A stretch of DNA of 38,158 nt, taken from contig KZ538969.1 in NCBI GenBank assembly GCA_000934665.2, positions 1 to 38,158 of the forward strand, read 5' to 3'. Source of the DNA: Catajapyx aquilonaris (lineage: Eukaryota). Made by a program: the position numbers and the translations under genes. The notes beneath the pieces were generated by a model. The model was not told the origin of the DNA and did no database searches. It saw only the letters and a program-made list of their open reading frames with translations. The stretch's first letter is position 1; each line of letters begins with the position of its first letter. Below are positions 1 to 10,090 of the stretch, in pieces.

Positions 1-592
1 ACGTTGAACTTGGCCGTATTTCAGATCTCACCACTTTTTACGGCCAAGCAGTCAGGAGAACTTGGCCTTTTTTTTACTGAAAGGTTTTTGGTGGGATATA
101 CTATTACGGAGCAGAATAGGACCTATCGTAGACCCTTTTTTCAGTTAAACAGCAGGCAAATATAGCGGTTCCTTGTTCAGTGTCATGTTGAAAGTTCAGC
201 TCTATACATCCTCGGTTATGAAAGATAAAAGATTGTCGTAAGTTTCAGTAATAAGAAGACATCATTTACTTGGGACACGGTATGGGCGTATGGCATTGTA
301 AGCACTGCCGATGCCGTGGCTCCGACCCCTCTTGACCCTTCTTGACCCCGCGACTCCCCATCCTCTTTCCCCCACTACCGTTTTACCCTTCCCCGGCCAG
401 CTCATTTTGAGAGAACCTACTCGGGCCACCGCCAGAATCGGAATGACCAGTGCGCAACCCGCTCGCGCAACCAGTTCCCCCGCCCCTCGCGTCATGTGCT
501 CGCGGTGGAGAGCCAATCAGAGTGGTTTGGGGGGCGTGATTGACAGGACCAACCACCAGAAGTAAAGCCACTTTCATCGCTGATGAGCGGGA

Positions 593-776
593 GGGCATGG
601 TGGTCTTGTGGTATGGCACCGGCCTACACAGTGGAAGGTCGGGGGATCAAAACTCGCCCAGCCACCATGCCCGGGGCAGATCCGCACTCTCTACTCTGCC
701 CGGGATGAAGAAATCCTCCCTTGGGAACCAAATCTAACGGAAATCCAGACTATAAAAGTACTGTACAAAAAAAAAA
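593..776 (+). mobile_element. tRNA-derived SINE-like element: degenerate tRNA head ending in ACCA, followed by an HDV-ribozyme-like/RTE-5'-like segment and A10
   Basis: A-box-like TGGTCTTGTGG (601-611) and degenerate T-arm/B-box GGGGG-ATCAAAA-CTCGC (641-657). GCCTACAC...GAAGGTC resembles tRNA-Val. Acceptor-like stem GGC(A)TGG/CCAGCC + ACCA (664-667); poly(A) at 767-776. Confidence 0.6.
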
Positions 777-787
777 TGATATAAATT

Positions 788-1089
788 GAAGCCCTTTTGG
801 CAAATAGGGCACATATCAGGAGGAACTGGAATGGAGAAAATCGAGACGCATAGCTTGGTAAATGACAAGTGCCCTTTATGCCGATAATGTGCAATTCGGC
901 TCACGTGACATGTGCCCTTGTTACAAAACAGCCTAATCTTCAAACCTCATTTTCAGCTGTGACAAATGTTCCTTTTGATTTAGGCTACACTTTTCTCAGG
1001 ACCTCAGAAACAACACCCCCTGCCATTTAGTGATGATAACTCGAATGTTCCAAAAGAGTGACATGTGCCCTTTTTGCCAAAATGGCTTC
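788..1089. mobile_element. MITE (~300 bp) with ~31-bp TIRs and AATT flanks
   Basis: Left end GAAGCCCTTTTGGCAAATAGGGCACATATCA versus reverse complement of the right end GAAGCCATTTTGGCAAAAAGGGCACATGTCA. AATT at 784-787 and 1090-1093. Internal partial copies of TGACATGTGCCC at ~862, ~906 and ~960. Confidence 0.85.
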
Positions 1090-2509
1090 AATTGCAGGAC
1101 TGATGAAGTAGACTAATAATGATCAAAAGCTAAGCCGTAAAATGGTTTTCAAATATTAGTTAAGGGATAAAATCATAATGCTATTCTGCAAAACTGGACC
1201 ATTACAAATTTTTCACATCAATTGCGAAATATTCAGTAGTTAGTATCATTTATCTGGGGAGGAGCTTCACGGCTCCCGATATATCTTTGGTTTGTCTCAC
1301 ATTCCTTGATTTTTTGGGACAGGTTCAAGATTCAGCGTTTATCAACAATGTACGATCGCATTTTTTTTCTCCCTCTCTCGAGCGAAAGGGAATGGAGAAA
1401 ATAAATTGCTGGCCGACTCCGGGAAATAGACTGCTGATCACAGTATAAAGCCATCGCGAACAAAGAGCTTGAGCCACTTTGGCAAAATTCCCACTTTTCC
1501 TTCTGATAACGTGCCTTTTGGGTGGAAGAACGACAGTTATGGTGCATTACGTTTAATTAGTTGAGTAATGAAAAGCCGCAGCAATTAAAAGACCAGCTTT
1601 AATACAGTCGGGGGCCGGCATTTAGGGAATGTCACAGACCTAGACGTGTCAATGGCCTCCAAAACGACAGTCTTTTTGTGTGAACACCTCTGAATATCAC
1701 CTGACCTGGCAGCCGGATGTTGTACAATTTCCTTTCCAACACGGTCTCCTACAAGATGAGAACAACATGAAGATTAATCTGCCATTTGTAGTGAGCCTAA
1801 TTATCAGATTAGATTGGCCCATAAGTTTGCAGGGGCCCCGCACGCCGGTTGCGCCTAATCGAGTTACAGACGAGTGACCTGCTTCCATCGGGACATTTTC
1901 CATTGCCCCTCCTGAACATCCGACGAGGATTTATTTTATTAAGCCCAATTCTCATAAAACCAATCCTCCATCAGTTCCTCCTCCTCCCTCCCCCCAAATG
2001 TAATTATTATTTAATAGGAGTAGGACTGGGGGAGTGGATATATACGGGTTCCAAAAATAAGGTCCCCCCGCTGCAGGCTTTATTGCAACGACTCGGCAGA
2101 GTTGCTCGATCTTTTAAAGGATTCACCTGTACCCCCGGTTTAGAAGTGGATTCCAGAATTGAATTAAACGGTAACGAGGTTCTCCAGACTTGCAAAATGA
2201 TAAATATTGTGCGGAGTTGACTTCGATTCGAAACTTTATAAAAGATGTTCCGCAATTTTGGAGTCTTGATGGGGTCAATAGTTGTTGCACACTTTATTGT
2301 ATACTAGGAGGGGGGAAAAATGGCTTCGGTACCGGCCATTTCGCTCGTATTTTTTGACATTTTGCATTTACGCCTTTATGGAGCCCGTGAGCCCAGAACG
2401 ATAAAATTTCCAGTAAATAATGTATTTTAATGCACCGGTCCTTTACAGTATTTGTGTCATTGCTGTGTTTTTATTGCAACTGAGGGTTGGTCTGTGGAGA
2501 ATATAGTTG

Positions 2510-2645
2510 GCCTCTTTTTTTTCCTTGGTGGAAACGATGCTGTTTCGCCTGCTAGCTATGACCCCCGAGTGAAATATTCCGACCGACCCTTAGTCCGAGA
2601 GTCGAACCCCATACTCACTAGCTCCCCCACTTAGGCTAAACGCCG
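2510..2645 (-). mobile_element. Degenerate tRNA-derived SINE head (second family)
   Basis: Minus strand: A-box-like TAGCCTAAGTGG (2638-2627), B-box GGTTCGACTC (2608-2599), then an A-run near 2515-2522. A-B spacing is short and there is no intact cloverleaf. Confidence 0.4.
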
Positions 2646-2849
2646 TAGCAGTAACAAAAAGGCAATTGTTAAACCTGAGCACTGCATGGCTTCTTAGCCA
2701 TGCGAAAACTTTGCATGTGAAACGAACCTTGTTACATTTCACACCAACCGCAACATTCCGGTCCTTTATCCTCCCAAGATGGCGACGGTGGTGGAAGCAG
2801 CTGGTAATGAGGCTATAGGTAAAAGGGTGGTTGGGTGTTGTTGAGGGGG

Positions 2850-3117
2850 NNNNNNNNNNNNNNNNNNNNNNNNNNNNNNNNNNNNNNNNNNNNNNNNNNN
2901 NNNNNNNNNNNNNNNNNNNNNNNNNNNNNNNNNNNNNNNNNNNNNNNNNNNNNNNNNNNNNNNNNNNNNNNNNNNNNNNNNNNNNNNNNNNNNNNNNNNN
3001 NNNNNNNNNNNNNNNNNNNNNNNNNNNNNNNNNNNNNNNNNNNNNNNNNNNNNNNNNNNNNNNNNNNNNNNNNNNNNNNNNNNNNNNNNNNNNNNNNNNN
3101 NNNNNNNNNNNNNNNNN
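2850..3117. other. Assembly gap (268 N) flanked by G homopolymers
   Basis: Run of n; GGGGG on the left, G9 on the right. Confidence 1.
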
Positions 3118-3427
3118 GGGGGGGGGCTGTTTTCGATTTGCATGCTCGCAGGACCTTTGTTTTCAAGTGGTGGTGGTAATTAGTAGTTTGGTGTGCGAGT
3201 TCGTGCCGTAATGTTATTGAAATAATTTAAACCAATGCAAGGCTGTAATTAACTCTAGAAGCACGCGTTCGCTTTGCCTAAGGAATACAATCGAGTGCCA
3301 TCTGCATGTATGTGAATCGAATAATGAAATTTTCAGATGCAATCTTCTAGGAGCATAACATTGTCTGATTTTCGATTAGCCTATTTCCAGCTCTGTTAAC
3401 TAGGAGCAGTATGCAAATTTCAAAAGG

Positions 3428-3445
3428 CTGCTGCTGCTGCTGCTG
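3428..3445. repeat. (GCT)n microsatellite
   Basis: gctgctgctgctgctg... Confidence 0.9.
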
Positions 3446-5105
3446 TAGTCCAGGGAGGCAAGGCGCGTAGACTGCCTTTTCGTCTTGTCTAGTGGAAAGT
3501 GTGCCTTACGTGGCATTTATGCATAATTGTTTAGCTCCACATGGTCAGTGCTGGTTGGCCAAATTGTTAAGTTATTCAAACGGTCAGGAGATATATGAAA
3601 AAAATGGCATTGGATGGATTGTCATTGTAACCCCGCCCTTTTGTGATATTTATATTTTAGTCGTACTATAATTATTTAGTAAACCCCTATTCTGGTTGAT
3701 TAAATTTGCTAATTGATAATTACAAATACAAGCGGAGGGAGATGATAGCCCTTTGATGGTTGGAAAACCGGCCACAAATAAAATATGATACTTGTAACAG
3801 GTTTCACGCAAACACATTCAATAGTACTCAGCATTACCACTGGCACACAATGCAGTGCATTTGCATTTTAGGGTTGTAATCCGCGCTACATTTGTTTGAT
3901 ACCGGTATTATTAATTATTGTTTGTATTAAAACAATGCAATTTTAATTGCTCTAGCGATAGGCCAGATTTGTTCCCAAAATTTTTTTTTGCAAGTTCCCA
4001 TGAAAATGCAGTGAACAATACACCACACCGACCAGCTACTAGTGCAGAAAAAAAAGTTATTTTCTTCTCACCTGACCGCGTAGCAAATGGACTCTTCTCA
4101 TGCAAGGCTGCAATGTTTCATGGACTCGTAATTTGCGCCTTATGAATACTGACCCGTCTGCGTAGGGCCGTGATTAGCAGGTTGAAGCCCTGAAATGATG
4201 CCAATGTCCCCTAGGGCTGGAACTTGTCATTACGCCGACCCCGATATCCGCTATGGATAGTGAATTTCCATCCCCCTTCTCCACTCGTATTCAGCAATTC
4301 CCCTGCAGCAAAAGTGGCGTGTATTGTATATGACATCTCTTTTTTATTGGCCGCTGAAAAATGGATTGTGCCCACCGTTTTTGGAAATGTCGCCCGATGA
4401 CGTTTACATGCCAATATGAGTAATTTGGCTGAACCGCTAGTTGCAAAAAAAAAACACAGACGCACACACACAAAAACGGAGAAAAGTGTAAAAATTGAGC
4501 ATGATTTTAGTGTGTGTGAGAAAATTACTTCTGGCTGTCTTCATAATGTTTACAAAGCACGTAATTGCATTAGCTGACCTGTTGTGGTGTTGCGAGGGAA
4601 ATACACACGGGCCAATTAATCGCGCTTCACAAAGAGGGTTCTCGTCAAGCGATAATTTGAGGACAATTAGGCGTGCAAAAGGCCACAGACCATGAAAAAA
4701 AAATTAGTCAGGTCAGACTGTATTGGGGAAAAAAAATATTTCCCCACTATATCTATAGCCCTCTGTTGATTTTTTGACAACACTTTAGCTATGCGTTTTT
4801 ACAACATTCTTTAATACCTGGCCTGGGAAATGATGCGCAGAGCATGATGCTCTTCCATGCTCTTTTTTATAGCTTTACGGGCACCCATAGTTTCCACAAT
4901 TTTCAGGCGGCCAATTTAATGGAGCGCCGTTGCATTTTTACGGGGCCTTAATGCGGCCTGATTTCTAGGGGCCTAGTGTCTTTCTTTTTATTCCCACGAC
5001 CACCAGCCTCCTGTCGGTTGCTGAATCTTGAATGAGATGGCACAAGAGCCTCACTCAGTGTGCATGTTCTCCTCCCTTTTTTTTATTTTATCCAAGGCAG
5101 TTCAT

Positions 5106-5130
5106 CCCCCCCCCCCCCCCCCCCCCCCNC
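5106..5130. repeat. Poly(C) tract containing one N
   Basis: About 24 C with n at 5129. Confidence 0.95.
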
Positions 5131-7014
5131 GACTTTGGCCCCAGGCTCCCATGATGCCTCTATTTTTCCCTCCGGATAAATTATTCTCGCTCTAAATAAT
5201 CTCTCGGATGCTAGATTTGGTCCCGTTGTACCTTGTTCGCTTTGGTGCACTGCATTTTAATTTTCATTGACGACCGTCACCGAGAGCAACAATTTGGAGA
5301 AGAAAGTTGACTACATTTTTGCTCCGGCTGCTAACCTCGTAAGGCAAGATGAGGTAGAAAATGAACAGGGGCGTAAGGGCAGTTATGAGATGACTAGGGG
5401 TGATAATTCCTTCCTGAAACTTAACCATTTTGAGAAAAAAAATGGCGGAGGTTATCACCTTGCATCATCGTTAGCAAACTGGCGCCAAGATTGACACACT
5501 CCTGCAGCCCATTTCCATACGGATAATAAAAACTTAATTAGTTACCCGCGCGGAAGAAAATGTTGGCCACAAGTTTCAAGGCGCGACAAGTGCGCTACTT
5601 TAATCGTAGAAACCTCGAGTTTCCTTCCGGTGCAGCCTCGTCTTGGGCGTGTAGTGAATAATTTACCTGAAGGGGAAGCCAGGCGACCTTTTGGGACGGA
5701 GCAGTAACGCTGTCGTATAGTTAGGGTAGAATGTGGAAGATGGAGGGAACGAAGGACCGCCGGGCGGAAGGTAAAGAGAGGATTACAAGAGAAGAAAGTA
5801 AAGCAGCTTACAACTTGCTAGAATTGGGCCCGGTCTAATCCCAGAATCAATTAGGATATATTTATGCCCTAGGCTTCACGACAAGAGCTGCGACTGGGGG
5901 ATTGACATATAAAAAACAGGGGGTTAAAGCCAACAACACCCGCCTGCTTTGCTTCCTTAGGGAAAAGTGACCGGGTTTAGCGGGTGTGTCTTGAAAAAGG
6001 ATATTAGGCTGCAGAGAGGGAGTTGCATAATCTGATATCGTAGGCATATAATAGAAACACACCCAAGTACAAAAAAAACTGTTTTGATATGAACTTGTTA
6101 CATGTTAGTGGATACAGAAAATCCTGGTTTGCTGGCTCATTGTGAATTAAATGGACTTCGTCAGGAAATATAGCAGAAAAAGTGGTATTTCCTGGTGTAC
6201 ATAACTCAAAGCGCCAAATTTGCATTTCAGTTGTATGCCCCAGAGTGACCGGTTTGGTTATTGCACTTTAACTCAATGTCATTTTGCCGGCCTTTCTGAA
6301 TTACACATTACACAATTGACAGCGATATTTCTTAGGTGAGTAAAGCTGTGAATTTAATGATGCAATGAAAGTCACGAAAATAGTAGAGTGGTCTTGATCT
6401 CGCTTCAGATTATTATTCACATACACCAGTTCTGAAGCTAACAGAACATTTAAAATAAAAATACAGATTAAGCGAAGAATTATTGTAGCAAATATTTATG
6501 TTCCAATCTATATTTTTAAAATAAAAAAATAAAAAGGAAAGCTACACTAGATCTCGATGATATTTGCAGAAGGATCATTTTTAAAATGTTAAGGCACATA
6601 ATAGGTTCTTACTTTTACTCACCTCAGAACGGAAGCGAGGGAAATTTTTTGCCGCATTCAGACTCCTCCCGCAACTAGTTAAAAACGTTCAGGAAAACAA
6701 GCTGCCATTTTCTGTCAGTCGTTGCGAACATCGGTGGAAAGCAAAAACACGTCAACCGACATTTTCTCTCAAAATGAATGAACTTTCCAAGGCCTATATG
6801 TATTGCGAGAGCCTGCCGCAACAGGGTACATTTTTGGAGAACAACTGCTCCTACAGAATAATTGTAATGTACAGTACATTCGAATACGCTATAACTTATT
6901 GGTAACTTACAGTAAGCCTATAAGGCATCAATTTGGAAATTATTCAGTAAACTATAAGTTTGGTCATTGAGCGCTTTTAACTCTGAGATGAAAGAATATG
7001 CGACAGCTTCAAGA

Positions 7015-7620
7015 TCATAGTTTTTGGAATCAACTGCCCGCGATATCTTCTTACAGTGGACAACAGCCGCCTCTGTGAGTTAATTCCGAAAGGATGAGAC
7101 TGTTAGCTGGATAAATATGAATAATTTAACCAACGTAGATAAAATAGTTCACAAGCGCTGCAGCACAAAGGTCCTGACATCATCCCGAGATCTGTTTGAG
7201 TTTGAGGATGGGAAATACGTCTATACTTAAACCCGCCGATTCTGTGTAATACTCCAGCATGACCTTTTGACAAAAATGACTACGATGCTTTTTATCTTTT
7301 ATACCCATATGTCAAAACCATATTCAACTACATACGACAAAGATAGCATCAAATTGAAAGGAGTACCTTTCATGCATAATTTCAATGAAATCCATGTGAG
7401 TCAAGTGTATCATACCAGATAAAAGAGGTTGTAGGCTACTTCTTTCCTGCTTCGGCCATCGCACATTATGTTGGCTAGGTGATACTATAGGAAAGGCACA
7501 CTGATGAATACCAAACTCAATAAAAATTCCGCCGAGCCTGTAAACTGATGCCGGACATATCACGAGCCATCAGTGTCCAAAATTGGACGGTGAAAACAGG
7601 TTGATCAGGCTCTTCAGCGG
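7015..7620 (+). mobile_element. Decayed L2/CR1-group non-LTR retrotransposon RT C-terminal fragment
   Basis: Ordered motifs broken by stops and frameshifts: TVDNSRLCELIPKG (YVDD motif), VSWINMNNLTNVDK (WxxxNxLxLNxxK), DSIKLKGV...HVSQV...KRL (KLLGV...H...KRL), LRPS, RRACKLMPDIS (QKRA). Confidence 0.65.
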
Positions 7621-9099
7621 AAGCAATCCTGCTAAAGGCCCACCACAATAGTATACCCTGTCATGTCATCGCCAGGCACCGCCAAACAACGAGGTCCATC
7701 ACTGAGAGGGCATCATCAACAGGTACACAGAGCCTCTGGGAGACTTGATACAAAACAGCGCGGTCGGGCCATTCTCGTCAAACCGCGCCATAATGTGGCA
7801 GGGTCAAGAGGAAAATATAATTCTCGTGGACCAGAGGATGACCAGGGGCTAGCTGGACAACAGAATGGTCTCAGCATGAGATAAGTGGTGTGCACGTCCA
7901 TCTGCTGCTTGTCCGGAGAGGTTAGCCGAATGTCATGATAAATATTTTGTCCATTGTGGACACTGATCGTGTTTGTACCATCAAGTCAATGTGTGGAAAC
8001 ATCCATTTTCTTTTGCTTCATGACATATAGATATCGTACATTCCACACAGGGTCTTTGGAAGTTATTAAAACTACAGTAATGATGTAATTTAACATTTCC
8101 CATTGGCCAGGCTAAACATTATCAGAACAGTTAAACTTATATGAGGCAGGGCTTGTAAAACGCAAATATTCTGGCATTAATTTCGCCGGATAACTGTTGT
8201 AAATTGATTACGTCAATATTTAATGCAGTCAGATCCAAACTATGGCAAGCGTTGTAATTGTTTTGCTATAACCTATGCATATATTTATTTTATCGCCTAT
8301 TTATATCGATGCATGATTGACCGTAATGCAACCACCAGAATGGAATATTGGCACATTGATGTGCATATGACAAGTATGCATTCTGAAACTGGCTTATACT
8401 GGTTTGCATTGTGGCTAACCTAAAAGGCTATCACCAACTACAGTGCAGGATCGTGCAGCATAAAATAATAAAAATGGCAATGTTTTAAAAGTCGAATCGT
8501 TACAGCGCTCTAAGCAAAGTTATTTTTATATCCAATTTTACGTTTGTAAACTCTTGAAAAGTGAAATTATGAATAATGTAGGCTAACAGTGAAGTTAGCG
8601 TGGTGTATTTGCGTGCATGTTAATTGCGAAAGTAATGGTTGGGTACAGATTAAGCTCAATTACAGAGACTGTCCATGTTATTAGGACTACCTGTAAATGT
8701 AGCAAATTCTAGATGTTTTTGTAATTGGACCATCATGCAGGAGGGACCTGAAGCAACAAACTGACATTGGAAACCTCCTCGGAGTCAGGCCATAAACCGG
8801 AGACCATCTGACGGACAGAAGCATAAAATTCGACCTATGTCCATGTACCCGTTCCTCGTAACACAAATTGTAACTTACCTTTGTTGCGAGACATTCCGAA
8901 TCACGAGGAGACTCACAACAGCACATTGGGAGGGAACTGTGACTAAACTGGTTGATTCAAAAATTGCCAAAAAAAAACCCTGACAACAACAGAAATGTAG
9001 AGAGGGCACACAGCGTTAGGATCACTCAAGTATACACTTAGCAACTTTCTCATAATAAATGCTCCTACAGTACTAAAAATACATGTACATATGCCACAT

Positions 9100-9330
9100 T
9101 ATTATGTCGTGGCTTTTCAGATGATCTCGAGTTGCCGACATGACTCCCAATAAGATAGCTTAAATGTCAACTTGTTGTTTCGGGCTCCCATGAAAAATGA
9201 TGGATGTACAATATTTTAGAAATGGTAATTTTAATAATATGGGCAGCCTCTGTAGAAGCTGGACGAAAATAACGTTGTGGCTTGGTCACAAAAGTACAAA
9301 AGCACCTTTGGCAGAATCAAATATGGGAGA
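9100..9330 (+). mobile_element. Possible very old CR1-like RT fragment
   Basis: LLCRGFSDDL ... DGCTIF ... NVVAWSQKYKSTFGRIK loosely follow INDL / ADDxxI / WSxxxxLxFNxxK in the expected order. Confidence 0.3.
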
Positions 9331-9884
9331 AAACCTATGCTACTTTGAAATACCCAACCATAATCTTGTCAGATGATCAGAAAATATTTTTTATAAGCTC
9401 GCATCATGATTTTTAACTGTCTTTAAGCTCATTTCTAAATGTCACTTAAAGTTACTCTTTCCCCCAGCAGTATGTGATAAGGCAACCATGTACTCTATAT
9501 ACCGTACAGTGCACCGCATAATTGTTAACGTTCCAACGACCCTTAAATATTTCTTTCCCCCTTGAAATAACCAGAATTTAAATATTAAGATTACAGTATG
9601 CATATGCATATGGTCTGCATCGCAGTTACATGGCAGATAATTTATTTAAACCACTGTGCAAAAGTATGGATTGAGTGTAAAACCTGGAAGAGGCTACACA
9701 GGTTTGTGCTGCAAAAAAATAATGCTGTTCGTGCAACCATACTGGAGTCGCCTGTCGTATCTGAGGCATGAGCTGCTGGTTAACCCTCAAGCATACCAGT
9801 CCTTAATGATGTGTTCTCACAGGGTGTAAGATTAGGTCAATTTCAAGGGAAAACAGGATGAAAAATGAGGTCTGAAATACGTAC

Positions 9885-10090
9885 GTTCACATGCACACCT
9901 TCCACACGATAGCTGGTGATGCGTGTCTTGAATCCCGGCACGTATCGAAAGAACTCTTCGTTGTCCTTGTACCACTTGACTGAGTACAGGGTGTCTTTCT
10001 CCATGTCGAACTGGCACTCCAAGAAGGCCATCTCGCCTCTTATTTTGTAGTGGGGTACATGGACTCTCATCAGTTTCAGGCACACCACTC
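9885..10090 (-). CDS. beat: Coding exon of a Beaten-path (Beat)-family Ig-superfamily protein, N-terminal half of the V-type Ig domain
   Basis: Translates as (G)VVCLKLMRVHVPHYKIRGEMAFLECQFDMEKDTLYSVKWYKDNEEFFRYVPGFKTRITSYRVEGVHVN. The pattern L-x-C-x-F/Y-D-x5-LYSVKWYK-x3-EFFRY-x-P...G-V-x-V is typical of Beat proteins. Acceptor ttttgtccctgcag|GA at 10091/10090 (phase 1); donor AAC|gtacgt at 9885/9884 (phase 0); 206 nt. The specific paralog cannot be assigned. Confidence 0.93.

Noticed and set aside
594..667. Functional tRNA gene
   Set aside because: Broken anticodon stem, mutated T-loop (ATCAAAA), bulged acceptor stem and encoded CCA indicate a retroposed SINE head or pseudogene.
580..730. 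Hammerhead core CTGATGA just upstream of the SINE head
   Set aside because: No GAAA follows a stem II and there is no stem III/UH arrangement. Other CTGANGA hits I checked in the window also lack the rest of the core.
1250..1290. EAP motif on the minus strand as the possible next Beat exon
   Set aside because: The context is YIGSREAPPQ; it lacks the required Y-x-C-E-V-S.
2766..3211. ORFs spanning the N gap
   Set aside because: Artefacts of translating N.
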